Counted from the stretch's first letter, positions 28,648 through 43,158 are shown. The stretch is 64,000 nucleotides of DNA from Eledone cirrhosa (GCA_964016885.1 OZ024741.1:181350001-181414000), one strand, 5' to 3'. Numbers and translations: made by a program. Notes: generated by a model from the sequence alone, not told the origin.

Positions 28648-29222
28648 GTAAACATTTATAGTCAGCAAAATATAAATACCGAGTCTCTAGTTAATAATGC
28701 AAGCAAACATCGTAGTAACGACGATATGAACTGAAATGTGTAAATACTCGTTATATCAGTGACCTACGTGGAATATTCAATTCGGAATAAGGTTTAGAAT
28801 GAAAAATGGAGAAAAATAAACAAAGATATATTGCTCGTATGAATTACATTTCAATCAGCGATGAACAGTTTCTATATTCATAGAAACTGAATATTTGTAA
28901 ACTGGTTTAGAAAAACATTTTTTATAAGATATTTATACATCAATCAACACCAATAGACAAGGGGGAGGAGGTTTAATTACAATTGCGATTTACTTTCTGG
29001 GGTATCTAGATGTTTCGGCAACTATTCACCTTGTCAGCTGCTGTTGAATTAAAGGCAGTTACCATTTTAGCCGCATAGTATATAGCAGCTGTTGTAATCG
29101 TGAGTGGTTGGTATACAAGTCGGCTGTATTTTATCCATCCCACTCAACCTCTATTTCTTTTTCTCAACTTTCCTTCTCTGTCTCTGTTTTCTCTCTCCTC
29201 CCCCTCCCCTTCTTCTCTCTCT

Positions 29223-29332
<110 letters not shown>

Positions 29333-29624
29333 ATACATGTAATTACATATACAGTGTCCTCATATCTTACGCCATCAATTAATTCCCCACACACTCCGAG
29401 TTACTAAAGAGAGCGTACCCTGAATACATTTATATAAAAGTGCTTCTGTATGTCGATATTTTAGAACAAGCATATCATCATATTCTTTGGAGGCCGAGAA
29501 AACATAGAAAAAAGAAATGATAGCAGCAGGGGTTAGATTTCCATCCCCTAAGTTAGATTATCCGTTTTCGTATGGGACAAGACGTTAAGAGTTTTGCCGC
29601 TTTCTTGAAGCAAAAAAAAAAAAG

Positions 29625-29880
29625 AGTCGTTAAAACGTCGGATAGAATGCTTTATGCTCTCTGAGTTCAAATACCTCCAGAGGTCAACTTTGCCTTTCAT
29701 CCTTTCGAGGTCGATAAAAAAAAAGTACTACTCTAGTACTGGGGGTCGATACTTCCACTCTCTGGAAGAAATTTGCTATATTCAGGCTTGCAGAGGGATG
29801 GGCTCCGCCAGGATTAAAATACCCAAGAACCGCCGTATGCCGACACGGCGCCCCTACGACTCTATCAGGAGTTACGTGAC
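29625..29880 (+). mobile_element. SINE variant followed by a GC-rich tail
   Basis: SINE core at 29660-29750; tail 29787-29875 is homologous to 32845-32930 on the opposite strand, which also adjoins a SINE (32960-33100). Confidence 0.55.
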
Positions 29881-30779
29881 CAATGCTAAAAAAATTACTT
29901 TTTAAAACCACGTAAGATTCTGTCTCACTGTTAGATTCACGTAACCGCGCGGCCTTGCCTTCTCTTATATGTACATTTTCTCTATAATAATATACTAGAT
30001 TCGGTTTGTGCAATATTTAATGCTGGTTCCCAAAGCACAAGCAAGCCCATGAAGTTAAAGGCATGGTGGAAGTGTTAAAAATTATAGTACATTTCGACAC
30101 AGGGGCTTGTTTTAAGAAACCTATTCCCAGAATTCTAAAGCAATACTCATGTCGTTCAATGCTGCGTTCAGATATCATATATCTAGAACTACAATTTTCA
30201 TTAATTAAATTAATTTCTATTCGAAAATCTCAACTGGATTATACTATGTTTGCAATAAAAAAAAAAAGAAAGGGAAAAATTAAATAACAAAAGGGAAAGA
30301 AAGGGGGAGAGAGCGTAAACTCTCCACATCTCAACTGCACCCTGCTGACAAAATGGTGAAGTCATTTCTGCGGAGAACAGCCAGTGACACTCACTCCATC
30401 AGCCACAGCAATCAACGTAGCTCCTTCTTCAGCCGGGATACACTCCTCCCATTTTTTGTGGAGAAAATGGCAGTTTAGATACCAGAGGTCTCGACATTGA
30501 CCAGTACGAAATGGAAACGGTCATTCAAGTCTCAGTATTTGGCTAGGTTATTCAATATCCCCTTTATTTTATGAAGACTGTACAGTATGGTCTGAGGGAG
30601 ATATTGTTGCTATTTCAGTCTAATTTTCATAACATGCATACGTTTGGCGACGTATTTAATCACACAATAAATATTTATACACAAAACAGCGCATATTGAA
30701 AGATCTGAAACAAATTTAATGTAATTATAACTGCAATTTTTAATTATAAGCGTCGTTGTGAAACTACATTTGTTATTCT

Positions 30780-31750
30780 CAACTCACTGTGAGGTTTGCT
30801 CCATTGATTTCCTGTGGCCCGAAAGAGCAGGGATTTTACTTCTGCTTCGTGAATATTTTGAGAATAGTTGAATGATGGACAAGCTAGAAACCACTGAAGA
30901 CAGGAAGTTTTTTCTTTAGCCAAATATTCAACAACTTCATAGATGGAGAAGGGGACACTGGTGCGGAGGTGATGTCGCTCAGCAAATTTTCTAAATGTAA
31001 TTGAGAGTGGCAAGAATAACCCACATGAATGATATTACTATCAGCAGCCTTCCGTTAGTCAGAGAACACAGCTGAAAAATGCCCTTGACAATAATAAGGA
31101 GCCTAGATCTGAAGCACTTCCTTGCATATCTTTATATAGAGGTATTTCATTTCTTTTGTATACTTCTCAGGCTCTGCTGCAATTCAAGCTATCCAAACAT
31201 CAGTCGCTCTCCAACAAGTTTGCGGTCGAGCCCGTAGCAGTGGAGACTTCTGGTGTCCTTGGCCCTAGGACCACTTCCATACTCACCACTATCGGTACGA
31301 AGTTGGCTTCCCGCAGACATGAGCATCGCGAACTGGAATGGCTCTTCTAACGCGTCTCTCTCACCATTCTCCGGGTAAATGCCTTCTCTATTCTGTCCGG
31401 CGGGGCCGCAAGGCGGCCAGTGCGTGGACCCCCATTTTGTTATAATAGTGAGAAATGGGGTATGTGTGAGGCAGTGGCTATGCCATCATTGCTGAAGTAT
31501 TTTGTAGAGTTCATTGATTTTACTTAGAACATCCATTTGCTGTCTTATGAATCAAGTAAAGCTTTTAGTGAATAAAGGATGTTAGTATAAGTAACAGCAA
31601 AAAATACTATTATCTCAATTTGTAATGTTAAAATAAATACCTAAATGAAGATTACTTGTTGTATCATAATCCATCCAACACCAAACCCTACTGTTTTTCT
31701 ACTTTGTCTTTCTAATGTCACGCCATCCATTGCCTTGTAGAAAATAATAG
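30780..31750 (+). repeat. Unclassified interspersed repeat X, interrupted by a CRE-like fragment
   Basis: 30790-31168 and 31655-31750 align with the reverse complement of 56025-56710. Confidence 0.75.
31170..31400 (+). pseudogene. CRE-like RLE retrotransposon C-terminal fragment
   Basis: KHQSLSNKFAVEPVAVETSGVLGP..LEWLF*RVSLTILRVNA. Confidence 0.7.
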
Positions 31751-31774
31751 AAAATATTATTAACATGGTTATTG

Positions 31775-32572
31775 GGTGGTCAATTGGCAGAATCACTAGA
31801 GCGGCGTCGGAGACAATTGCTTGGTGGATTGGCAGTATTGGTACTACATCAGACACCATGCTTGGCAGCATAGAGTTGTGGTCATTTAAGTTCTGAATTC
31901 AAATCCAGCCAAGGTTAGCTTTGCCTTTCATCCTTAAGGGGTCGATAAAATAAAGCACCAGTAATGCACTGGAGTAATTGCTGGCCTTGTACCAAAAGTA
32001 AAACAATTATTTGTTCTGACCTTTTACGTTCTGAGTTCAAATCCTCCAGAGGTTAGCTTTGCCTTTCAACATTTCAATGTCGATAAAATAAAGTACCAGT
32101 CAAATACTGGACTCGATTTAACCGGCTTTCCTTCCCTCCAACAAATTGCTTGCATTGTACCTAAATTAGAAACCATTATACATATAAGGGCGGTGGATTG
32201 GCAGTATCGGTAGAGAATCGGACGCCATGCTTGCCAGCATAGTTACGTCCCTTTACGGTCTGAGTTCAAATCCCGTCGAGGTTAACTTTGCCTTTCATCC
32301 TTACGGGGTCGATAAAATAAAGTACCAGTAATGTACTGGGTATTTGCTGGCCTTGTGCCTAAAGTAGAAACAATTATTATGTGATTTGGCAGTATCGGTA
32401 GAGGGTTGGACAACAGGCTTTGCAGCACAGAGTTACACCCCTTTCTGATCTGAGTTCAAATTCTGCCGAGGTTAACTTTGCCTTTCATCCTTACAGGGTC
32501 GATAAAATAAAGTACCAGTAATGCACTGGGATAATTGCTGGCCTTGTGCCAAAAGTAGAAACAATTATTATC
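31775..32572 (+). mobile_element. Cluster of four to five head-to-tail SINEs
   Basis: Units start near 31775, 31825, 32020, 32188 and 32385. Confidence 0.85.
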
Positions 32573-33282
32573 CTTATTGTTGCAGCATTGTTGTCGTTGT
32601 ATCGATTTGTTATTGGTGTAGTTGTCATCATCTTGCTCATCATCGTCATCATTATCACTATAAACGTTATCCACACCACTATCATCAACCTCCTCCTCAT
32701 CATCATTATTGTGTGCATGTGTGTGTAAGTGTCCTTGTCTGTGTTTATTTATAGCACATTACGTAGCGATCCGACATATAGAGATCGATAACATAACTAT
32801 CTCACTTGAAACAAAAATGTACAAGGATAAAGGATAAAGATCCCATAACTCCTTGTGGAGTCGTAGAGGCACTGTCATACGGCGTGACTTGGGCACAGTT
32901 AAACCCGGTGGAGCCCAGCCCTCTACAAGTCTAAACACAGCCGATTTTTTCTATAGAGGAACAATCGACCCCAGTACTGTACCAGTACTTTTTTATTGAC
33001 CTCGAAAGGATAAAAGGCAAAGTTGACCTCGGCGGGATTTGAACTCAGAGCGCGCAAAGATGTGGGACGAATACCGTAAATCATTCTATCCGACGTCTTA
33101 ACTGATCGACTAAATTTGTGAAAGTAGTAACCCCGTAGGGCCGCAGTCCAACCGCTGAAACCCGTAAAAGTTGGATGAAAGTATAGGAAAAAAAAATTAA
33201 GTCTAGTCTCCGCATAAGGCTTAAAGGAAAAGAGAACTTCTTCCTGTTCGATAGTTTACACACACACACACATACACACACA

Positions 33283-33420
<138 letters not shown>

Positions 33421-33578
33421 TTTGTTTTGTTTATCTAAAGTCTGACAATTACTGAAGCGGCAGTAGAATCGAAATCATCGACCAGTACAGGTCTGAAATA
33501 CAATCGTTGCTATAAAGCAAAACAAAACACGAAAGACGTGGGCCTGAGTACAACCATGTTATTCAATATTTTCCTTTC

Positions 33579-33629
<51 letters not shown>

Positions 33630-33873
33630 GTGTGTGTGTGTTTGTGTGTGTGTATAAATACATGAATACATACACGCACGCATATATATACATGTATGTG
33701 TATTTTTGGGTGTGTGTATAAAAACATGAATAGATAAACACACACACACATATATATATGTATGTGTATTTTTTTGGGTGTGTGTGTGTATAAATATATG
33801 AATACATACACAAACACACATATATATATTTTGTCCTTTCTTTGTCTTATATATATATATGTCCTTTCTTTGT

Positions 33874-33940
<67 letters not shown>

Positions 33941-34515
33941 AGTACAAGAATACATATATAAATATACACACACAGATATATATATGTTGTGTGTATGTAT
34001 TTGTCTTTGTCTGTGTGTGTTTATGTATGTATGTAAATGTTTGTGTGTGTGTGTGTATTTATGTTTGTGTGTATGTGTATGCGTGTATGTATGTATATGT
34101 GTGTATGTATATATATGTATGTATATGTGTGTATGTGTATATATATGTGTGTGCGTCTATGTCTATGTGTACACATGACAGAGAGAGAAAAGTTTTCAGC
34201 CATTTCTGATATATTAACAGTCATATGTACACTAAAATGTTGCTTCTCTTTTCTTCTTCTTAATCTACCTATCATATTTATTGTTTCTCTTTTTTCACAT
34301 ATCTTTTTTTATTTACTTCTATTTGTTTCTTCGTTTTTACCAACGCCTACTCATCAATCATCATCATCATCATCATCATCATCATACTCACCATCATCAT
34401 CATTACAAGCAGCAGAATATTTTCATTCTTTGTTTAATCTTTGTCAAACGTATTCCTTTTTATTTGATCTCCCCCTCCTCTCGATATATATATATATATA
34501 TATATATATGTATAG

Positions 34516-34618
<103 letters not shown>

Positions 34619-34671
34619 ACTATATATACATATATAAATTTACATATAAGTATGTATATATATACATATAC

Positions 34672-34710
<39 letters not shown>

Positions 34711-34725
34711 TATATATATATATAT

Positions 34726-37309
34726 ACGTGGGAAAGTAAGAAATCGGAGAATAGACCGTTAAAACATGTTTATTTAAAACAGCATCTACGTACGTTTCGC
34801 CCAGTTGGGCTTATCAAGGGCATAAATAATCAAAAGGGTTCCTTATATTGCTCGGAAAGGTTCATTGCTCGCAAAAAAGCTTGTTTTGATTTTGCAGCAG
34901 GTCAAGGGAGGTAACTCTGGCCGGTGTTAGGGCAGTCTTTCCCGGACAATTTTTTTTATCCGCTAAATTTGATGAGGTTACAACCTTACCATTGTCAATA
35001 CGCATGTAATCAACGCTTATTTTGAGAATTTTTTTTGCCGCATCTGTTTGTCTGAGTCGTTTGGGGCTGGGTCTGGTATGCAAGGATAGTTTCCTGGGTG
35101 TTATTTTGCAGCGCCTGCCCGCCGGGGTGTTAAGACTTGTTGCAGGGAGATCCGGTGCACGGTTTTACTCCTCATCCCTAACCCATCTGAAGAAGGATAA
35201 TTTTAAGCGATGTGTACAACTTATCGCTGTTTCAGCTCTACTGTTGATGAGCTCGTGGGGTGCAGTTATGATGTGGTAGAGCTCCATGAGGCAAAGATCG
35301 CATTTCCTTTTGAAGTTATACGGTGCAGCCCTGCCGACAATATCCCAGTGCGTAGAGAAGCTGATGTTTAAGTCCTTTAGTGATGTGATGTAGTCCGCGA
35401 GCGAAGTAGAGTGTCTTAGTTTTTTATTTGTGAAAGAGTGGAGATGTGTTCTAAACCTAATTTTGAACGGGCTGGAGGTAGCCCCTATATAATGCTTAAC
35501 GCTATTATGGCTAGTTATAGTGAATCTATATATAACCCTATCAGTCAAGCAGTATCCTCTAAGGGGGCAGCGTCCTCTGTCGCGGCAGTTGCAATTTCTG
35601 TCGCGGTTCCGTCTATTTCCCACGGTAAGGCTATCATTGTTGCTGCCTACGTTGTTACCCACGCTACCGCAGCTGTCGTTAACACCATTACAACCCACAG
35701 CACGCGGGGTGGTGCGATTGTTATTCCGCACGTCATGTCCTGCATGTTCCTCAGTCATTTCGGGGTTATGCTGGTTGCGTCTGCGGATGCCGTTGCCAAC
35801 ACTATTGGATGCTGCCAGGGAGTTGTTAAGGCCGATATAGTTATTGTCAGGTATAGGTGCGTCTGTGTCGAGGTGCTGTGTCTTGGTGATCTTACCGTGG
35901 TTCGTTGTTCCTATGATGTCTGCTAGGTTAGGAGTAGTAGAGAAGGATATTTTTATATTGTCCCTATTAAGAATTTTTCTATACCTATGGTTGGGCGGGA
36001 AGTTCTTCACTAAGGCTTCGAAGAACATCCGGGATATGTTGGAGGCCACACTCCGAGAGTAGGGGGGGGGACCATAGGACATTACGGTGGCGATTACGTG
36101 TCCTTGTACGTTTGCTACGGGTGGTTCCATCTAGGTGACCGCTCTTATGTGTGTTAATGCGCAGTCGCCCGTTCGGTGCCCCATTCACTTTATGCTCGGG
36201 TGCACTCTTCCTACCTCTTCCATGTTTATGTACAGGAAAATGTTGGTAGTAGGCCGTCACCTTTGTTGATTGTGTAATAGGTGAATAGTTCGAGTAATCT
36301 ACAGTGGTCACCGTCGCCGGGGTCGTGAACTTTAGTGCGGTTATCTATTTATTATATCCGACATCAACGAGGTCGCCGCGTGATCGGTTATAGGTATGGC
36401 TTACTATAACGTTCGTTTTATGAGGGGCTGGTTTCTAGAGATAGCGTTAGGGATGTAGGAAATTCCTTGGTTAAAACCGGTGCTTATCAAGGCCCTATTG
36501 TAGTAATCTGCCGCTTGGTTGAAGATATGTGAGATACTATAGACTATGGAGTTGAGAGTCTGCTTAGGGTGGTTGGAGGCATAATTAATATAAGAGAGGC
36601 ACTCTCCAGGCTTATGGTATGGCTTGTATAAGACCGTACTCAACTCCAGGGTCACGTCCAGGAAGTTGACAACCTTGTGGTTGAGGTCCATAGTTACGGA
36701 TAGGCCGTATGACTTGAAGAACCTGTGTATATGTTTGTTAAGGTTCTCTATCCTATGGGGGCTATGGTTCCTAACGGTAAACAGGGTGTCGTCCCTATAT
36801 ACACCTCCTTGTAGGGCCGGTATCCCTTCCCTAAGCTTATGTAGGAGGTATATCCCGACCAGGTCAGTTGCTTGCGCTGAGTCACTGGATCTCATCGTGA
36901 CATCGAAGTTATCAGAACGGTTGGTTCTGGTCCAGTGGGAGCCTTCGAACTGGATAATGGTTCTACGCACCGCTAGAACTATGTCTATTTCTTTTTTAGT
37001 GAGGCTAGTGTTAGATTTAGCTAAGATAAGTGCCTTATTTAAGAGTATGGAGAGATAGAGGCGTAGTAACTATCTATGTCAAACTGGATGAACTTCAGGG
37101 TGGCTTTATCCGGCAACTCGGTGAACCAATTTATGACCTGGTCGGTGTTGCCCCAGAGGCAGACCTTAGCCTTTCTATTAAGCTCCAGTAGTACTCTGTC
37201 GAGGATCACTTTACTAATCTTACCTATATCTGATGTAGAGGGGCATATTAGTCTAATAGAGGGGCTTTCATTAAAGTCATATTTGTGATCCTTAAGAGTG
37301 AATTTAGGG
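34726..37309 (-). mobile_element. 5'-truncated Naiad-type PLE (RT, long linker, GIY-YIG, 3' UTR)
   Basis: PKFTLKDH, FIQFDI, SSDSAQATDLVG, YRDD, NFLDVTLEL, CNCRDRGRCPLRGYC..VIY..YIG..CDLC..CTH; ends in (TA)n. Confidence 0.9.
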
Positions 37310-38440
37310 TTGTAATGGTGCTAACGACAGCTGCGGTAGCGTGGGTAACAACGTAGGTAGCAACAATGATAGCCTTACCGTGGGAAATAGACGGAACTAC
37401 GACAGAAATTGCAACTGCCGCGACAGAGGACGCTGCCCCCTTAGAGGATACTGCTTGACTGATAGTGTTATATATAGATGCACTATAACTAGCCACAATA
37501 GCGTTAAACATTATATAGGGGCTACCTCCGGCCCGTTCAAAATTAGGTTTAGAACACATCTCCACTCTTTCACAAATAAAAAACTAAAACACTCTACTTC
37601 GCTCGCGGACTACATCATATCACTAAAGGACTTAAACATCAGCTTCTCCACGCACTGGGATATTGTCGACAGGGCTGCACCGTACAACTTCAAAAAGAAA
37701 TGCGATCTTTGCCTCATGGAGCTCTACCACATCATAACTGCACCCCACGAGCTCATCAACAGCAGAGCTGAAACAGCGATAAGTTGTACACATCGCTTAA
37801 AATTATCCTTCTTCAGATGGGTTAGGGATGAGGAGTAAAACCGTGCACCGGATCTCCCTGCAACAAGTCTTAACACCCCGGCGGGCAGGCGCTGCAAAAT
37901 AACATAGGAAACTATCCTTGCATACCAGACCCAGCCTCAAACGACTCAGACACAGATGAGGCAAAAAAAACAACTCTCAAAATAAGCGTTGATTACATGC
38001 GTATCGACAATGGTAAGGATGTAACCTCATCTCGTAGCGGATAAAAAAAATTGTCCGGGAAAGACTGCCCTAACACCGGCCCGACTTACCTCCCTTGACC
38101 TACTGCAAAATCAAAATAAGCTATTTTTGCGAGCAATGAACCTTGACGTGGATTTAACCCCCAAAACTCTTTCCGAGCAATGTAAGGAACACTTTTGATT
38201 ATTTATGCCCTTGAGAAGCCCAACTGGGCGAAACGTACGCAGGTGCTGTTTTAAATAAACATGTTTTGACGGTCTATTCTCCGTTTTCTTACTTTCCCAC
38301 GTGCTTACGCTCTGCTAACCCTCTAGCCCACTAAATATTAACACTTCGAATATTTAATACTGCCGGCACTAGTATCGAGCATCTTTGGCATACGCTACTT
38401 GGCAAATAACTATATGTATTACCTATCCTCCCCTTTTTTT
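37307..38440 (+). mobile_element. Inverted duplicate of the same PLE's GIY-YIG domain and 3' UTR
   Basis: 37307-38302 is the reverse complement of 34726-35696; ORF 37341-37838 is nearly identical to the C-terminus of ORF 35165-36130. Confidence 0.9.
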
Positions 38441-38779
38441 CTCTCTCTCGATACGTAAATACTGTATATATATATATATATATATATGTACACACATATA
38501 CACACACATACGTATGTGGATGTTATATGTTAAGAGCAGTAAGGCTATTATTCAACTTAATACTCTATAAAGTAGGGTATTGATATTAACATAAATGGTC
38601 TTTGCCCGACAGTCAAGCTTCTACAGTTTGGATAGCAAATGAGAAATAAATCTATTTGATTTAATTTTATTCAAATCTATCTCTTCGGTATTGGAGGGGA
38701 AATCATATCTTTAGAGAGCATGCCCTTTACTGACTCTTGACTCTAAAGCTGAGTAGATTCACTTACCTCCCTTCAACCA

Positions 38780-39260
38780 ATAAAGAACATATCAGGCACC
38801 ACCACACCTATAAATTATCTGGTTTTAACCTCAGCACAATGTTAAGGTCGCCACCCCATTATGTAAGGTGTTATCATTCTTCATATAAAAGCAATTCCTT
38901 CTGCAACAGCGTTATCTCTCTTGCAGTGCCACCCTTAACTTCGCACAAATAATCGCTTTTTTCTTTCAAATTTAATTAAGCTCAACTCTTATAGAACACC
39001 ATAGACCAAGATACAAACAGAGCCAGGTAATGCAACTTCTCTAATCGAAATGACTGCCAACTTATTACTCAATACCGCGAAAAAAAATATTTTATATAAA
39101 TGCATTGTTATAACAAACCCCTCCAACAAAGCATACATAGGCCACGCGGTCAGTGAATTCAAAACAAGTTTCTACCAGCATCAACACAGCTTTCGTAACA
39201 CAATCCGAAAAAATGTCAAGACACACTCGAGTTACATATGGGACCTATGCAAAAAAGGTT
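38780..39260 (+). pseudogene. Heavily decayed Naiad-type GIY-YIG fragment
   Basis: NILYKCIVITNPSNKAYIG..FKTSFYQHQHSFRN..SSYIWDL. Confidence 0.7.
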
Positions 39261-39964
39261 ACAATGGAGTATCCTGAACAAGGTCAAACCGTAAACAGAG
39301 CAGTGTCATCGACTACTGAACTGATAGACCAAATTATTTACATCATGTAGAAGCAGGATATATAAAAACGTTCTTCAACCGCAAGTCCCTATACAGCAAT
39401 TCACGTAAAACCCTTTGCAGTGCTTGTGTGAGTGATGTAACAATATTGGTCATGAAGGTTACAACTTTCATGTTTAATGAACGGATCATTTGAAGTATGT
39501 TCTGTGGTTTACTAGACTGCGCTTGTGGATAGGATCTATGCATGTATTTTATCTAATGAAATTTTAAACACGTGTTCATGAATTCTATAACCAGGGTTAG
39601 TTTGGGTCTTGTAATCTGTATACGAAACGTGTTGTTTATGTATTTTTATGGATGTTGCTTCTGTTGTATCAGTGTGTTCTCATATTGCTCTATCGCATGG
39701 TAGACTATCTAAATTCATTTATATTAATCCCTATAAACCTGACATATTCCATAAAAGCATGTTTTGTTATAACCTTTCCTATTTTCAATTTTCTTTTCCC
39801 TGCACATGTTAAATTCGAGTATGTTTCTAATGTTTACTTACACGAATATCTTGTAGATATTACATAATCACAATAATTTATTCTGTGAGGTTCTCGCTTT
39901 TGTTAAAATATATTGAAAGCCCATGCACATCTCCAGATAATATAATGCTTTACTTATAATAATA

Positions 39965-40485
39965 ATGTTTCTACTTTTGGCACAAGGCCAGCAATGACCC
40001 CAGTGCATTACTGTTGCTTTATTTTATCGATCCGGTAAGGTAAAATAAATCATCAGTTTCTACTTTAGACACAAGGCCAGCAATTTTGGGTGAGGGGCAA
40101 GTTGATTAAGTCGACCCCAGTACATTACTGGTGCTTTATTTTATCGACCCCCGTAAGGATGAAAGGCAAAGCTAACTTCAGCAGGATTTGAACTCAGAAC
40201 GTAAAGGGCCATAACTTTATACTGTAAAGCATGGTGTCTAACGCTCTTCCGATACTGCCAACCCACCGCCTTTCCTGTCATTCAATAATAATAATTGTTT
40301 CTACTTTTAGGCACAAGGCCAGCAATTACCTAGTGCATTACTGGTACTTTATTTTATCGACCCCATAAGGATGAAAGGCAAAGTCAACCTTGGCGGGATT
40401 TGAACTCAGATCGTAAAGGGACGTAACTATGCTGGAAAGCATGGCGTCCGACCCTCTACCGATACTGCCAATCCACCGCCTTTCC
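39965..40485 (-). mobile_element. SINE cluster (one partial, two full copies)
   Basis: Reverse-complement SINE units separated by (AAT)n. Confidence 0.85.
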
Positions 40486-41974
40486 TGTTATTCAATAATA
40501 ATAATGATTTCTTTATTAGTCTCTAGGACTGAAAAACAAAGGAAAATACAAACGAAGAGAGACAGTGAGGATTTACATAAATCGAGTTAATAGAAAAGGT
40601 AATATTTCAAATTAATAACGTTAGAATTCGCTAATAGGGCCAATACCACCCAGGAGTAATTTAGGAACCCCACAGACCGGAAATCATCCAAATCACAAAG
40701 AATCCCAGAGGAAAGAGTTCCTAGCTCTCTGAATTCTCCAGTCTATAGACACATGCTTAGAGTAGACCCATTCACCCGGAACATCCTCGCTACATTCACC
40801 CACCTCTGTTGATTTTCCCGTCTGTTTAGTCAATGTAAACCTAACTAAGCGTTATATTTTGTCCTTGTATTATTCCTAACGTATTGGGCCCTGGCGGCCA
40901 ATAAAAGAAATCCACATCATTGTCGTCATTACCACAAACCATTAAATGAAATACTTTAACACCTCTTTCCCCCAGTATTTATAAAGTTGTTTACTAACTC
41001 CATCTGTAAAATATTTCAAGTCATTGAAAGGCCACCCCCCCCCCCCGCCGCCACTCTTTTTCAAATGTTCACCACAATGTTTCATTCTCTCATTTATATA
41101 ATTCTATTTTTTTTACCAACCACTCTGTTATAATATTTTCTTCTCCAGCAGTTTGTTTTCTTCTCGTAACAACATCTTTCTCTTCTTAGCATTCTTTATT
41201 TATTTGTTATCTTTCTCTGTTATTGTTACCACGTTTCTTTCCCATGTATATTCTTCCTAATATCTCTCTCTCATATTCTTTCATTCCATAACGTTCCACT
41301 ACCTACCTACAATGTAATTCACTTTCCATTCCACCTTATATATTATTCGCATTAACTATAATTTAAAAAATAGTTTCCACAGAAGATAGTCTTCCTCGTT
41401 TTTGTCATCGCCATCACCATTATAATGGTCGTTATGGAAACGTGTCTAGTAAGTTATCCGTCTACCTGGCGATTGGTGCCTGTAAGCTACTAGTTTAACA
41501 TCACACACTGACAAACGATATATTATTTAACAAAAACAACAGATGATATTGTGTAAACGACAATGGTTTCTTTAACTCTCCAAGTTAGGTTTAATTCATT
41601 TTAGAGGTAAGATTTTAAAACTCAGTGTTCTACTCAAGCGAGAATACCATTTTCAACCGCATAACCCTTCTGATATCAAACCGCCCGAAACCCTCCTTGG
41701 TTTTATGATTCAAAACATATTACTTTAAAAACATATTTATCTAAAAACCTTTCCTCTTGATTTCATGTAAGAAACTTTTATGTAGTTATGCTCCAAACAC
41801 TAGGTTGATAATAAGAAAGTTAGTTATGTTACTAAATTTTTGAAGAACAGAGGTAGGGTCCTTTATAAAGAAATATAGTACGAAGAGAGTTAAATACGTA
41901 ATAACAGGAATAACATAAATAAGAATTTACTTGAATATACATATAAAATATCAACAACAACCTGGTGAATTCAC

Positions 41975-42230
41975 CAGAGACTCAGGTTTCGTTACTCGAC
42001 AACATGAAGATCGCAAGCTGTTGAAGTATTGTGCACTTTCCGATAGGCTTTTCGTTGAACCTATATCGGTGGGAAAGTCTGGCGTTTTGGGTCCCCAAAC
42101 CACTTCCTTACAAATTGCTATCGGGACCGAGTTGACCACCCGTAGTAGTTAGCCCTGTGAGTTGGCATGTCTCTTTAAACGAATCTCCCTCGCTATACTC
42201 AGGGGTAACGCCTTTACTATTATGTCCACT
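41975..42230 (+). pseudogene. CRE-like RLE retrotransposon C-terminal fragment
   Basis: EDRKLLKYCALSDRLFVEPISVGKSGVLGP..LFKRISLAILRGNA. Confidence 0.7.
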
Positions 42231-42849
42231 GGAACCTTAAAGCGACATACGTCTGGCGTTTTGTAAGTTAGTGTATATGTATGCATTTTTTCAACTTCAC
42301 AAAGAAAATAAAAAATAAAAGTATTAGAAGACCTTGAAATGAAGAAATAAATGAAGTATGGGTTTACAAAATGTTTTGTTAAAAAAAACATACAAGGTTA
42401 AAAAAACTTATTTTACATTTTATAATTTAGCCCTCTTCAGAAATACACATTTTTTTTTCTTTTCATCTATATTTTACACATGTAATTGGTTAACAGTGTA
42501 AACATTTGGCAATAGTAAGCACTTGGCAGTAGTAAGTCTATTTTGGCAAAGGAACCTTTTTTAGCATTCAACTTGATATTGAGTACATATAGATAAGTTA
42601 TTACTTTGGTGGATGGTAAGTTAGAATAACTGGAGGAATGTCATACAAACTAGAAACCTAGTATTTAACATCACCAACCAGAATTCAATATACAATGTAT
42701 CCTTCCATTTTAAAGGATATTAGTGGATACTTCTCTCAGTATGACGATCGACTAAATAAAGGCTATATTGATGGCTCTTGCACCTTCAACATACACACAT
42801 ACCCATATAATGTATACACACACACATATATATATATAGGTGTGTGTGT

Positions 42850-43140
42850 ATTTGTATTTCGTATTTCTAAAGAAATACGGTATGTTTATAAATAAACATT
42901 CTGAAAGCCGTAGCAATGAATATAACAGTGGCAGCGAACGCCGCCAGGCGGTGTTCAACAGAAGCGAGGGGGACAACTGTCGAAGCATTTTGAACTCTAC
43001 GGTCTCTCCCGCTCTTGCAACTGCCAGACTTTCAAACAGGCGAAAATATATAGTTTTTTCGTCTGTGTAAATGAGGGAATTAATCTCATTTGCATATGAA
43101 GCAGCATAAGTTGTCTCAACTTAAAATAGAATTAGAATAT
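42850..43140 (-). mobile_element. Octamer-hammerhead repeat (subfamily B), full span with a damaged ribozyme core
   Basis: Minus strand: ATTCTAATTCTATTT start, ATGCAAAT (43088-43095), body homologous to 6490-6700, CTGANGA box missing, 3' hairpins TGTTTATTTATAAACA and CGTATTTCTTTAGAAATACG. Confidence 0.7.
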
Positions 43141-43158
43141 ATATATATATATATATAT

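Noticed and set aside
35438-35926. Antisense ORFs overlapping retroelement coding regions (also 2813-3256, 12047-12553, 22064-22435, 36624-37058)
   Set aside because: They are shadow frames opposite real RT or endonuclease sequence and show no motifs
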